Positions 19,687 through 29,668 are shown, counted from the stretch's first letter. The stretch: DNA of 64,000 nt from an uncultured Peptostreptococcaceae bacterium (GCA_964617505.1 CAZTZB010000001.1:46977-110976); one strand, 5' to 3'. Made by a program: numbers and translations. Notes: generated by a model from the letters alone, not told the origin.

Positions 19687-20049
19687 CTAATTATCATTTG
19701 CCTGTATTATTTCCGTAGCTAATTTAACAATGTTGTAGACTTCATTTCTATTATCTTCATAATTATCATTTTCTAATACTCTTTTAGCATTTTCAATTAT
19801 GGCATTTGAATTATCATATATTTTTTTGAATTTTCCATAAAGTTCCATTTTAATTTCATAGCTGTCCAATGCTTTATTTGATTTTCTTACAGCATCATAT
19901 ACTGCCTGTCTGCTAATTTTCATATTCTCAGCAATTTCAACCATTGAATAATCATTTAAGTAATAATAATACAGCATTTCGTATTGTTTTTCTGTTAAAA
20001 GTTTTCCATAAAATGCAAATAAATTGCCGTATCTGATTTTTTTTTCCAT
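19687..20049 (-). CDS. ylxM: YlxM/p13 family putative DNA-binding protein (UPF0122)
   Basis: Start at MEKKIRYGNLF (GAGGTG upstream). HTH-like YSMVEIAENMKISRQAVYDAV. Lies upstream of ffh. Confidence 0.85.
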   Translation of the reverse strand: MEKKIRYGNLFAFYGKLLTEKQYEMLYYYYLNDYSMVEIAENMKISRQAVYDAVRKSNKALDSYEIKMELYGKFKKIYDNSNAIIENAKRVLENDNYEDNRNEVYNIVKLATEIIQANDN

Positions 20050-20091
20050 TATTCGCACCTCTTGTGTAAAGTAGTTTTGCTTTACATGAAA

Positions 20092-20120
20092 ATATTACAG
20101 TATTAAAAAGAAATAGTCAA
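20092..20120 (-). promoter_or_regulatory. Putative promoter for ylxM-ffh
   Basis: TTGACT (20120-20115) - 17 nt - TAATAT (20097-20092). Confidence 0.5.
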
Positions 20121-20127
20121 GAGCTTT

Positions 20128-21042
20128 TTAAAATATTGCATTAATAAAGCTTTCAGCATCAAATTTTTGAAGATCGTCGATACCTTCGCCAACACCTATA
20201 TATTTAACTGGTAATCCCAATTCTGAAACAAGTGCAAAAACAATGCCGCCCTTTGCCGTACCATCTAGCTTTGTCATTACAATCCCGCTTATATCCGTTA
20301 TTTCGCTAAAAGCCTTTGCTTGGTTCAAAGCATTTTGACCCGTGCTAGCATCCAATACAAGGTATGTTTCCAATAAAGCTTCATGGGCCTCTCTTTTAAT
20401 AATTTTTGTAATCTTATTCAATTCATTCATCAGATTCTTTTTATTATGCAAACGACCTGCAGTATCACAAATCAACAAATCCATTTTGCGGGCTTTTGCC
20501 GCCTGAATGGCATCATAAACTACAGAAGCAGGATCTGCGCCCTCTTTTTGTGAAATCAAATCACAATTTGCTCGTTTAACCCATACTTTTAGTTGATCTA
20601 CAGCTGCTGCTCTGAAGGTGTCGGCAGCAGCAACGATAACCTTTTCACCATCTGCCGTAAACTTGCTTGCGAGTTTGCCGATAGTGGTAGTTTTGCCAAC
20701 CCCGTTGACCCCTATTACCAGTATTATTCGTAAGCCCTCATTTTTAACTTCAACTTTAGTATCTCTAGATATATTTAGTTTTTCTGTTAACAAGGATTTT
20801 AAAATGCATTTTACCTTTTCCGAATCTTTTACCTTCTCATTTTTAAGAGTATTCTCAAGAGAACCCATTATTTCCATTGTTGTTTTATATCCGACATCCG
20901 ATAGAATAAGCAGGTCTTCCAATTCCTCATAAAAATCATCATCGATAACTTTTGAAGAATTAAATAATGCATCAATCTTGCTGGTAAAGTTATCTCTTGT
21001 TTTACCTAATCCTTCTCTAAGTTTTTCAAAAATATTCTTCAA
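20128..21042 (-). CDS. ftsY: SRP receptor FtsY (NG domain only)
   Basis: 304 aa. GVNGVGKTTTIGKL, DTAGR, TKLDG. Confidence 0.94.
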   Translation of the reverse strand: MKNIFEKLREGLGKTRDNFTSKIDALFNSSKVIDDDFYEELEDLLILSDVGYKTTMEIMGSLENTLKNEKVKDSEKVKCILKSLLTEKLNISRDTKVEVKNEGLRIILVIGVNGVGKTTTIGKLASKFTADGEKVIVAAADTFRAAAVDQLKVWVKRANCDLISQKEGADPASVVYDAIQAAKARKMDLLICDTAGRLHNKKNLMNELNKITKIIKREAHEALLETYLVLDASTGQNALNQAKAFSEITDISGIVMTKLDGTAKGGIVFALVSELGLPVKYIGVGEGIDDLQKFDAESFINAIF

Positions 21043-21052
21043 GTCTCCACTC

Positions 21053-24000
21053 CTAGCTCGCTTTGTTTTTTATTTCCAATGAAACTATCTTCGATATGCC
21101 CTTCTCTTCCATGGTGACTCCATAAAGCACGTCTGCAATTCCCATTGTACCCTTTCGGTGCGTGATTAAAATGAATTGCGATTGTGTAGTGAATTTTTTT
21201 AAGAACGATGCAAACCTATATACATTTACATCATCCAAAGCAGCTTCAATTTCATCCAGCACACAGAAAGGAGAAGGTTTTTTCATTAATATTGCAAAAA
21301 GCATAGCTATTGCAGTTAATGACTTTTCTCCACCAGATAGAAGATTAAGGTTTTGCAATCTTTTGCCCGGAGGCTCCGCATAAATATCTATATGAGAATT
21401 CAAAATATCTTCGGTATCTTCAAATATTATCTCTGCTCTTCCTCCATTGAAAAGTTGATTGAATGTTTTGTTAAAATTGTTGTTAATTTCTTTAATTTCC
21501 TCTTTGAAAATTTTAACCATCTTTTCCTCAAGCTTTATTATTAAATCTTCAAGAGTGTTTTTTGCCTCAATCAAATCGCATTTCTGTTTGCCGAGAAACT
21601 CATATCTATGCAATACTTCATCGTATTCCTTTATGGCTGATTTATTTATATCGCCGAGTAATTCAATATCCCTCTTGAGAGCTTCGATACGTTTATTCAT
21701 TGCGCTTCTATTAGTTATCTCCGTTCTCTGCTCCATTGCCTCGATATACGAAAGTTGATAAACTTCCCATAATTGTTTGATAAAATGATCGTAATTCATT
21801 TGGTTTCTTGTATCTGACATTTCTAATTTATAATATCTTTCTTTTTCTTGTATGATGTTTTCATTAGTTTTATCCAAATATTCTTGTGCCGCTCTTGCAA
21901 TGGCCGCATTCTTATCTATCGACATTGCGCATTCGATATTTACTTTTTTTAAATTTTCAATTTCAATGGTTAAATGTTCAAATTCTTCACGTTTTATTAA
22001 AATTTCGCTCTCGTATTTTTCTATACTCAAATTCAACTCGGTTAATTGAGTTTCACAATCATTGTTGTTTTCTATTATTCTATCAATTGAAAAGCTCAAT
22101 CTGGAAATTTCATTTTCAATACCTTTCATTTTTTCAAACATAATGGCTTGTTCAACTTTTTTTACATTAAGTGATTCTTTTAACTCATCAAGTCTATTCG
22201 CATGTTCTATTTCTATATTTTCTAATTCCTCTATGCTTTTTTCATTGCAAGAATTAAGGGCTTTCATATCATTGATACTATTAATAATAGATTCTCTTTC
22301 TCTTCTTATATTTTCTCCTTCTTGAATCGATTCACTCAATTCATTTGCTAAATCAAATTGTCTTTCTCTTAATGTTTTATTGTTTTTTACAGCCATTTCA
22401 AGATTGCGAGACAGTTTTTCCAATGCATTGTCAGTACCCGCAACTTTTTCTTTCGCTTCATTCAAATCTTTTTCATTTAATAATTTTTCATCAATTATTG
22501 CCTTGATATTGCTCTTTATTTTTTTCAAACTAATATTTTTTTCTTTTATTTCTTTAATAATATCCTCATAAATTCGTTTCCTTGTTAATAGACCTGTACT
22601 TCTAACATTAGTGCTTCCGCCTGTTATTGTTCCTCCTGGATTGAATACATCTCCATCAAGAGTAATCAGTCGGCTTCCCCTGAAACCATTTTTTATAAGT
22701 GTGGTAGCCGTTGATGAATCTTTCACTATAATTATGCTGCCAAGTACAAAATCAACAATATTCTCAAATTTCTTATCATAACTAATTAATTCCTTTGCTC
22801 TTCCTACAACGCCATGATCTTTTGGAACAATGCCGCCATTGCCTTTTCGACCCCTTATATCGCTCATTGGAAGAAGTGTTATGCGTCCTGTTTTTTCTTT
22901 TTTAGCAAACTCTATAATTTTCCTTGCAGAATCGATTGTATCACATATTATGTGTTGGCTTGAAAAGCCTAGTGCCGTTTCTATAGCTACTTCATAAGCT
23001 TTGTCAACCTTAATGATTTCTGAAACAGTTCCTTCAATATGTTTTGCCAATGTGTGTTCGCGCAAAGCATTAAGTGAATTTTTCACACTGCTGTTAAACC
23101 CTTCATAATTATCAATCATTCTTTTATAAAAAAGCTGTTTTTCATATAGTGTTTTCATTTCGCGTTCGATATTATTAATTTCATTTTCTGTTGCATATTC
23201 CAAATCCCTGTTTTTTTCATAAATATGTATAGCAGATTCGTGTACAGTCAAATACTTTGCTCTTTTATTTTCAATTATTCTCATTTCTTCTTCAAAAGCT
23301 TCTTTTTCAGTTTTAGAGTCTGCAATCAATTCATCAATTGCTCTTTTATCTTTATTCAATTTTGCCAGACGTTTTTCTACAATTTTCTCGTATGAATTAA
23401 GACTCGAGATTTCACTTTTCATTTCAGTCGATTTATTGAAATCTTCAAGTACTTTTGCTTTTTCCTTCAGTAATTGCTCTTTTGCTATAGTTAATTCGTT
23501 AGATAATTTTCCTATTTTTTCCTCTTCTTTTTTTATGCTTTCATTAAGCAAATATTTTTTTTCATTAAAATCATCTGAAAGAGTTTTTTGCGTTTTAATG
23601 TTATTAAATAACAATTCATTTTCTTTTTCATTAGAATCTATTTGATTTTTCTTATTGCTTTTTTCTTTTATGGAAGACCGTTTTTTCTCATTTAACAGGT
23701 CTATCTCATAGTTTAATTGATTCCTCTTTTCATTTGTATCTAAAAGGATTTTTTCCCCTTCTTGGGAATCATATCGCAATTTTCCCAATATCTCTTCCGT
23801 TTCAATCAATCCGGCTTTTGTTTCATCTTTTTTGCTTTCTAAACTTGCTATGTTTGTCTCAACGCTTGCAAGTTTTTCTTGATTAGCCTTCATTTTACCG
23901 TTAATAACATCGATTTCTTCCATGAATAGCGAGATTTCCATACCCTTTAATTCACCATAGTATTCTTCATACTGTTTTGCTTTTTCGGCGTCAAGTTTTA

Positions 24001-24613
24001 GAGGATTGATCCTTATCTTGAGTTCGTTAAGTATATCCTCAACTCTAAGAATGTTTTTATTTGTACCTTCGAGTTTTTTTTCTGTATTTTCTTTTCTATT
24101 TTTGTATTTGACTATTCCAGCGGCTTCTTCAAATATTTTTCTTCTTTCGTCTGATTTACTGTTTAAAATCGAGTCGATTCTCCCTTGTCCTATTATTGAA
24201 TATCCATCAATACCTATTCCTGTATCCATGAACAACTCTTTTATTTCCCTTAATTTACATTGGCTATTATTTATGAGATATTCGCTTTCTCCTGATCTAT
24301 ATACTCTTCTTTTAACAATAACTTCATCGTATTCAATAGGCAACTTTCCTTCTTTATTGTCAAATGTGAGAGATACCTCCGCCATTCCCAACTGTTTACG
24401 CCTATCAGTTCCACTAAAAATCAGATCCTCCATTTTGCTGCCCCTGAGAACCTTTGCACTTTGTTCGCCTAAAACCCATCTTACCGCATCGGTAATATTG
24501 CTTTTTCCACTCCCGTTTGGGCCAACAATTCCTACAATTCCATCTTTAAATTTAATTTCAGCTCTTTCAGCGAAAGATTTGAATCCATACATTTCTATGC
24601 TTTTGAGATACAA
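21053..24613 (-). CDS. smc: Chromosome partition protein Smc
   Basis: 1186 aa. N-terminal (M)YLKSIEMYGFKSF...GPNGSGKSN, long coiled coils, hinge, and C-terminal LSGGEKSLTA...DEIEAALD. TTG start with GGTGA SD. Confidence 0.96.
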   Translation of the reverse strand: MYLKSIEMYGFKSFAERAEIKFKDGIVGIVGPNGSGKSNITDAVRWVLGEQSAKVLRGSKMEDLIFSGTDRRKQLGMAEVSLTFDNKEGKLPIEYDEVIVKRRVYRSGESEYLINNSQCKLREIKELFMDTGIGIDGYSIIGQGRIDSILNSKSDERRKIFEEAAGIVKYKNRKENTEKKLEGTNKNILRVEDILNELKIRINPLKLDAEKAKQYEEYYGELKGMEISLFMEEIDVINGKMKANQEKLASVETNIASLESKKDETKAGLIETEEILGKLRYDSQEGEKILLDTNEKRNQLNYEIDLLNEKKRSSIKEKSNKKNQIDSNEKENELLFNNIKTQKTLSDDFNEKKYLLNESIKKEEEKIGKLSNELTIAKEQLLKEKAKVLEDFNKSTEMKSEISSLNSYEKIVEKRLAKLNKDKRAIDELIADSKTEKEAFEEEMRIIENKRAKYLTVHESAIHIYEKNRDLEYATENEINNIEREMKTLYEKQLFYKRMIDNYEGFNSSVKNSLNALREHTLAKHIEGTVSEIIKVDKAYEVAIETALGFSSQHIICDTIDSARKIIEFAKKEKTGRITLLPMSDIRGRKGNGGIVPKDHGVVGRAKELISYDKKFENIVDFVLGSIIIVKDSSTATTLIKNGFRGSRLITLDGDVFNPGGTITGGSTNVRSTGLLTRKRIYEDIIKEIKEKNISLKKIKSNIKAIIDEKLLNEKDLNEAKEKVAGTDNALEKLSRNLEMAVKNNKTLRERQFDLANELSESIQEGENIRRERESIINSINDMKALNSCNEKSIEELENIEIEHANRLDELKESLNVKKVEQAIMFEKMKGIENEISRLSFSIDRIIENNNDCETQLTELNLSIEKYESEILIKREEFEHLTIEIENLKKVNIECAMSIDKNAAIARAAQEYLDKTNENIIQEKERYYKLEMSDTRNQMNYDHFIKQLWEVYQLSYIEAMEQRTEITNRSAMNKRIEALKRDIELLGDINKSAIKEYDEVLHRYEFLGKQKCDLIEAKNTLEDLIIKLEEKMVKIFKEEIKEINNNFNKTFNQLFNGGRAEIIFEDTEDILNSHIDIYAEPPGKRLQNLNLLSGGEKSLTAIAMLFAILMKKPSPFCVLDEIEAALDDVNVYRFASFLKKFTTQSQFILITHRKGTMGIADVLYGVTMEEKGISKIVSLEIKNKAS

Positions 24614-24663
24614 TATATCACCTCATAACTATTTTGAATAACATAAATATTTTATCATAAATA

Positions 24664-24695
24664 ATGAATTAAAAAACACCTTTAAGGTGTTTTTT
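24664..24695 (-). terminator. Terminator after the DUF1292 gene (upstream of smc)
   Basis: AAAAAACACCT-TTA-AGGTGTTTTTT, a symmetric hairpin with U-runs on both strands. Confidence 0.7.
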
Positions 24696-24930
24696 AATTC
24701 ATTTCGTTATATATATCTTCTATTATGTCCAATAAATTTTGGTCTTCGATTGGTTTTATAATTAGCTCGTTTCCTTTGTCTATAATTTCGCATACAATCG
24801 CATCATCCTGCAAGTCTTCAACCGGCGCAAGAATCGCAAAATTTTTATCATCGTATTCAATCATCTCTATCAATTCAAACTTTTTCTTATTGTTTTCTTC
24901 GTCGATGAGTTCGATTATTTTATCAACCAT
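24694..24930 (-). CDS. DUF1292 (YrzB-like) small acidic protein
   Basis: 78 aa, acidic. FELIEMIEYDDKNFAILAP pattern. Conserved partner of ruvX/ireB. Confidence 0.8.
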   Translation of the reverse strand: MVDKIIELIDEENNKKKFELIEMIEYDDKNFAILAPVEDLQDDAIVCEIIDKGNELIIKPIEDQNLLDIIEDIYNEMN

Positions 24931-25350
24931 TTAATCACCTCTTTTTGTTCTGTCAAGATATGATTGCAGAATATGTACAGCCGCAACCGTATCAATAACT
25001 TCTTTTCTCTTCTCTCTAGACATATCAGCCTCTATCAAGTATCGTCTAGCCATTGCTGTGGTCAACCTTTCATCCTCGTAAACGCACTCAATATCAACTT
25101 TACTCTCCATCCAAGAAACAAAATCCTTTACCTTTTCGCTTTGAGGTCCTAAAGTTCCATTCATATTGTATGGTAAACCAACGACAATTTTTTCAACATT
25201 CTTTTCCTCTATAATACCCCTTAGAACATATAAATCTTTTTTTTTGCTTTTTCGCTTTATTGTCTTCAATGCTTGAGCCGTTAAAAACAGCTCATCACTA
25301 ACTGCTACTCCTATTGTCTTGTCGCCGACATCCAAACCCATAATTCGCAA
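24931..25350 (-). CDS. ruvX: Putative pre-16S rRNA nuclease / Holliday junction resolvase-like YqgF
   Basis: (M)RIMGLDVGDKTIGVAVSD N-terminus. Start moved to the TTG at 25350 (AAGGGGA 7 nt upstream), which removes the called overlap with the upstream gene. Confidence 0.88.
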   Translation of the reverse strand: MRIMGLDVGDKTIGVAVSDELFLTAQALKTIKRKSKKKDLYVLRGIIEEKNVEKIVVGLPYNMNGTLGPQSEKVKDFVSWMESKVDIECVYEDERLTTAMARRYLIEADMSREKRKEVIDTVAAVHILQSYLDRTKRGD

Positions 25351-25364
25351 TAATATTTCCCCTT

Positions 25365-26315
25365 TCAAATTATCTTTATGCAAAAGTCAGGACAATATGC
25401 GCTGCAATAACCACAAAGAACGCATAAATCTTTATCAATTACAACGCCATCAGGTCCCATTGTAAGAGCATTCTGATTGCATGCTTCAACACACTTGCCG
25501 CAACGCCTGCACCAGTCTGCAATATGCAAGTGCCTATCTTGTTTTTTTATTTTAGATAAAATCTTTTCATTTGAGATATTCCCTTCGAAACGATTTACAT
25601 TGTCATCTATCTCTTCAATACTCTGCATTCCTATTGCAAAGGAATCCATGACATCTTGATTTAATGCAAATGCAAAAGCTTCCTCTATATGGCTTATAAG
25701 ATTGCCTCCACCCAGAGGTTTCATGCCGTATATTCCTTTTCCAGCTTTCTTTGAATCTTGTAGTGCATCCAACATGTCTTCAATTGTGCCATCCTGTATT
25801 CCCAATCCTTTATAATTACAAATTGGATGTATTACCTGAAAAACCTCGTGTTTGTTGGCTCCTCTTACTCCGGCAACATGGTGGGTAGAAAGACCCAAAG
25901 CCCTTATATAGCCCTTGTCACGCATTTCCATAAAATACTCAATTGCCTCCCAATGGCCTCTTATTGTATGGATGCTTTCTTGTTCATGCAACATAAATAT
26001 ATCTATATAATCTCTTTTTAGCGTTTTCAAGGCCCTTGTCAAAGCTTTTTCGGCAGTTTTTCTATCATAAGAATATGCTTTGCTAGAAATAATCAGATTG
26101 TTTTTCCCTATATTCTCCATTCCGATTTTAATGTGTTCATAGTTATCATATAAGTCCGCTGTATCAATAAAATTAACGCCTTTTTCATAGGCCTTTTCTA
26201 TAAGCAATCCTCCATCTTTAGGATTAAGATTGCGCTGTAAAGGGCTCATAGTAAGGCTTCCAAAACACAACCTTGAAACAAGCAAGTCTGTATTACCCAG
26301 TTTTTTATATTTCAT
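25365..26315 (-). CDS. Aldo/keto reductase fused to a C-terminal 2x[4Fe-4S] ferredoxin domain
   Basis: 316 aa. AKR N-terminus MKYKKLGNTDLLVSRLCFG...FIDTADLY. C-terminus has two CX2CX2CX3C motifs (CRRCGKCVEAC, CVLCGYCSAYCP). Confidence 0.8.
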   Translation of the reverse strand: MKYKKLGNTDLLVSRLCFGSLTMSPLQRNLNPKDGGLLIEKAYEKGVNFIDTADLYDNYEHIKIGMENIGKNNLIISSKAYSYDRKTAEKALTRALKTLKRDYIDIFMLHEQESIHTIRGHWEAIEYFMEMRDKGYIRALGLSTHHVAGVRGANKHEVFQVIHPICNYKGLGIQDGTIEDMLDALQDSKKAGKGIYGMKPLGGGNLISHIEEAFAFALNQDVMDSFAIGMQSIEEIDDNVNRFEGNISNEKILSKIKKQDRHLHIADWCRRCGKCVEACNQNALTMGPDGVVIDKDLCVLCGYCSAYCPDFCIKII

Positions 26316-26564
26316 TTATTTCTCCAAATATGCCTTTAAAAGTTCTTCCATTATTTCATCGCGTTCAAGTCTCTTTATCATTTTTCTTGCATCCTTGTGG
26401 CTTGTAATATATGTTGGGTCGCCCGAAAGCAAATATCCAACAATTTGATTCACCGGATTATACCCCTTTTCTTTAAGCGCTTCATAAGCTACGTCGATAA
26501 TTTCCCTAGTTTCAGCTTCCTTGTCGCTTCCAACATCATATTTCATGGTATATTGATCATTCAT
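26316..26564 (-). CDS. IreB family regulatory phosphoprotein (UPF0297/YrzL)
   Basis: TMKYDV...[32 protein letters not shown] is a hallmark of the family. Start moved to MNDQYT (AAGGAG upstream). Confidence 0.85.
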   Translation of the reverse strand: MNDQYTMKYDVGSDKEAETREIIDVAYEALKEKGYNPVNQIVGYLLSGDPTYITSHKDARKMIKRLERDEIMEELLKAYLEK

Positions 26565-26627
26565 GTCAACTTCACTCCTTTTAATCATTATACTCTTATA
26601 ATCCCTACTATTTCAATCAAGCATTTT

Positions 26628-26658
26628 ATAGAAAAGGCAGAGGTTGATACCCTCTGCC
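26628..26658 (-). terminator. Terminator after alaS
   Basis: Minus RNA GGCAGAGG-GUAUCAA-CCUCUGCC followed by UUUUCUAU. About 85 nt after the alaS stop. Confidence 0.65.
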
Positions 26659-26744
26659 CTAAATATTGATGAAAAAAACAAAGCAAAACTTTTTTATGAT
26701 TCTGCGCGCATTAAAATTAATACCTTTTAGTTCCCTCTTTGTTG

Positions 26745-29378
26745 TTAAATGCTTTCCACATGCTTATATACCTGTTCCAAAGAAAGCAATGACTTGCTTC
26801 TATCCTTAGCTCCAGCTTGAGCCATATTTGGACGGCCGCCGCCTCCTCCAGAAGCAATTTGGGCAACATCTTTAATCAATCGACCGCAATGGATTCCTTT
26901 TGCTATGGCTTCCTTATCCGCCATAGCGACATAGTTTAATTTTTCTCCATCGTCGGATACAAAAACAACAACCCCATTTTCAATCTTGTTCAATATTTTA
27001 TCTCCAAGGCCACGCAAGGTTTCAACATCTAAATCGTCTAATTTGCCTACCACTACATCGAATCCATTTATTTTTTTTAAACCGCTAAGCAATTCGTCCA
27101 TTGATGAGGACGCCATATCTTTTTTAAATTCTTCACATGTTTTCTTTGATGTTTTCAATTCATCAAGTATCTGAACAATTTTGCCTTCAACTTCATTTTC
27201 GTTGTTTGCTTTTACCAATGCTATAATATTATTCATTTCTTTTTCAGCCTGCTTTACATAGGCATAAGCCTTTCTACCTGTAACGGCTTCTATTCGCCTA
27301 ACTCCTGCAGCAATTCCACCTTCTGAATATATTTTAAACAGTCCTACTTCACTTGTATTCTTTAAGTGGGTTCCTCCGCAAAGTTCTGTGCTATAATCGT
27401 CAACCTTAACAACTCTTACTATTTTGCCATATTTTTCACCGAAAAGCGCTGTTGCTCCAAGTTCTTTTGCCTTGTCTAAATCCATTTCGGAAATATCAAT
27501 CTGAAGAGCTTCAAAAATTTTCTCGTTAACCATTGCTTCTACTTCATCCAATTCTGAGTTATTTACATTGTCGAAATGAGTAAAGTCAAATCTAAGTCTA
27601 TTAGGGGTTACCAATGACCCTGCTTGTTCAACATGATCACCCAAGATATTCTTCAGAGCCCTATGCAAAAGATGTGTAGCAGTATGATTTCTTGCCGTAT
27701 CCATTCTGTTCTTTTTATCTATCTTTGAAACGACCGTTTCACCAACATTAAACACTCCTTTGATTACTATTCCATAGTGGATATACAGATTGTTTTTCTT
27801 CTTGCAATCTGAAACTTCAAACAATCCCTCCAATGTTTCAATTAAGCCTTTGTCGGCTACTTGGCCTCCGCTCTCTGCGTAAAAAGGAGTAACATCCATT
27901 ATTATTTGGACCTCTTCACCTTTTTTGGCTTCTTCAAAAGGCATTCCTTCTTTTATAATTGCAAGGACTTCTCCTTCCGCTTCAAATATCTCGTATCCTA
28001 CAAATTCGGTTCTTTCAGTTTTGAGTTTTTCAAGCTCCTCTCCAAACTCCCAACCTACATCATTTTGATCTTTTCTAGCTTGTCTTGCTCTCTCCTTCTG
28101 AATAGTCATTTCTTTTTCAAATGCCTCTTCATCTACAGAACATCCGATTTCCTCCAAGATTTCTCTTGTTAGATCAAGAGGGAAACCGTAAGTGTCATAC
28201 AGTATAAATGCATCTTTACCTGAAAGCATTTCATTATTATCTTTTTTCATGGACTTAATGTGTCCGTTCAGCATTTCTATACCTGAATCAATTGTCTGCT
28301 GAAAACGTTTTTCTTCTATCTCAATCACTTTTTTGATGTATTCGCGTTTTTCTAATAATTCAGGGTAAGCATCTTTTGATATTTCAATTACCCTGTCAAC
28401 AAGTTCGGTTAGAAATTGTTTTTCTATGCCCATAAGCTTTCCGTGCCTTGCAGCTCGTCTAAGCAACCTTCTTAATACATAACCTCTTCCTTCATTGCTA
28501 GGGATAATGCCATCTGCAATCATAAAGGTAACCGCCCTTATATGATCTGTAATTATTCTTATAGATATGTCATCTTTACGATTTTTCCCATACTGTTTGC
28601 CCGTAAGTTCTATAACTCCGTCAAGCACATATCTTATTGTATCGATTTCAAATATTGATTCCACATTTTGCATTATGCAGGCTACTCTTTCAAGCCCCAT
28701 TCCTGTGTCTATATTGGGCTTTGGCAAGAGATTGTAGTTTCCTTCATTATCCTTATCAAATTGAGTGAATACATGGTTCCAGAATTCTATAAAACGATCA
28801 CAATCGCAACCCGGTTTGCACGTATCCAAGCCGCAACTGAACTTTTCGCCTCTATCAAAATATATCTCTGAGCAAGGTCCGCATGGGCCTGTACCTATTT
28901 CCCAAAAGTTGTCGTCTTTACCCAGGCGTACAATTCGTTCCTTAGGGATTCCTATTTCTTTTTCCCATATTTCATAGGCTTCATCGTCTTCTTCATAAAC
29001 AGTAACCCATAATTTTTCAACTGGCATATTTAGCCATTCAGTGACAAATTCCCATCCCCATTTGATGGATTCATGTTTAAAGTAATCTCCAAATGAAAAA
29101 TTGCCAAGCATTTCAAAGAAAGTAGCATGGCGCGCAGTAATACCTACATTTTCGATATCACCTGTCCGAATACATTTTTGGCATGTGGCCATTCTCTTGT
29201 TTGGAGGCAGCTCGGTTCCCATAAAATATGTTTTAAGCGGTGCCATGCCTGCATTTACGAGCAAAAGGCTTTTATCGTTTTGAGGTACAAGCGAATAACT
29301 CATTCTTGCATAGTGTTCCTTTGATTCGAAAAACTCTAAAAAGTTCTTTCTAATTTCATTAAGACCCATTTTTTCCAT
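26745..29378 (-). CDS. alaS: Alanyl-tRNA synthetase
   Basis: 877 aa, full-length AlaRS (FFEMLGNFSFGDYFK, HTATHLLH editing motif, C-terminal GGGGGRPNMAQ). Confidence 0.97.
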   Translation of the reverse strand: MEKMGLNEIRKNFLEFFESKEHYARMSYSLVPQNDKSLLLVNAGMAPLKTYFMGTELPPNKRMATCQKCIRTGDIENVGITARHATFFEMLGNFSFGDYFKHESIKWGWEFVTEWLNMPVEKLWVTVYEEDDEAYEIWEKEIGIPKERIVRLGKDDNFWEIGTGPCGPCSEIYFDRGEKFSCGLDTCKPGCDCDRFIEFWNHVFTQFDKDNEGNYNLLPKPNIDTGMGLERVACIMQNVESIFEIDTIRYVLDGVIELTGKQYGKNRKDDISIRIITDHIRAVTFMIADGIIPSNEGRGYVLRRLLRRAARHGKLMGIEKQFLTELVDRVIEISKDAYPELLEKREYIKKVIEIEEKRFQQTIDSGIEMLNGHIKSMKKDNNEMLSGKDAFILYDTYGFPLDLTREILEEIGCSVDEEAFEKEMTIQKERARQARKDQNDVGWEFGEELEKLKTERTEFVGYEIFEAEGEVLAIIKEGMPFEEAKKGEEVQIIMDVTPFYAESGGQVADKGLIETLEGLFEVSDCKKKNNLYIHYGIVIKGVFNVGETVVSKIDKKNRMDTARNHTATHLLHRALKNILGDHVEQAGSLVTPNRLRFDFTHFDNVNNSELDEVEAMVNEKIFEALQIDISEMDLDKAKELGATALFGEKYGKIVRVVKVDDYSTELCGGTHLKNTSEVGLFKIYSEGGIAAGVRRIEAVTGRKAYAYVKQAEKEMNNIIALVKANNENEVEGKIVQILDELKTSKKTCEEFKKDMASSSMDELLSGLKKINGFDVVVGKLDDLDVETLRGLGDKILNKIENGVVVFVSDDGEKLNYVAMADKEAIAKGIHCGRLIKDVAQIASGGGGGRPNMAQAGAKDRSKSLLSLEQVYKHVESI

Positions 29379-29392
29379 AATCTACACCTCCA

Positions 29393-29631
29393 TAAAATAA
29401 AAAGAGCCCTCATCCTTGTTAGGGACGAGAGCACTCGCGGTACCACCCTAGTTATTGCCAAAGCAATCACTCTTGATGCTTTATCGGGCATCATTCGCCT
29501 TTTTCTACTTGATTTCAAAAAAGGTGCTCAAAAGCTGCTTCGCCGGATTACTTCAAGGCATTTTCAGCTATCAGCCTCTCTCTAAAGAAGTTCCGCCCGG
29601 TTACTATTCTTTATCATAGCATTCGCAATCA
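29393..29631 (-). promoter_or_regulatory. T-box leader (tRNA-Ala sensing) of alaS with intrinsic terminator
   Basis: Minus strand carries the T-box sequence AACUAGGGUGGUACCGCGAG (29453-29434). Terminator is GCUCUCGUCC-CUAACAA-GGAUGAGGGC (29432-29406) plus UCUUUUUAUUUU. Stem I has AGUAA-CCGG ... AGAGAG ... CCGG-CGAA-GCA-G. The candidate specifier codon GCA (Ala) lies at 29538-29536, preceded by GAA and followed by a purine. Confidence 0.85.
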
Positions 29632-29637
29632 CCTGTG

Positions 29638-29666
29638 ATTATAATAGAATACCCATCTTATGTCAA
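29638..29666 (-). promoter_or_regulatory. Consensus sigma-A promoter for the alaS T-box leader
   Basis: TTGACA (29666-29661) - 17 nt - TATAAT (29643-29638). Lies 3 nt after the mnmA stop. Confidence 0.7.
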
Positions 29667-29668
29667 TA

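Noticed and set aside
24006-24641. 211-aa plus-strand ORF antisense to smc, and many similar antisense ORFs (for example 11307-11816, 7288-7650, 6906-7328, 49664-50089, 55699-56112, 53346-53690).
   Set aside because: All lie fully inside well-supported conserved genes on the other strand. They translate to low-complexity Ser/Phe/Ile/Leu-rich sequence typical of shadow frames in AT-rich DNA, and they lack SD sequences.
29336-29518. 60-aa minus-strand ORF upstream of alaS.
   Set aside because: It coincides with the T-box leader and its terminator, and overlaps the alaS start. It is explained by the riboswitch-like RNA.
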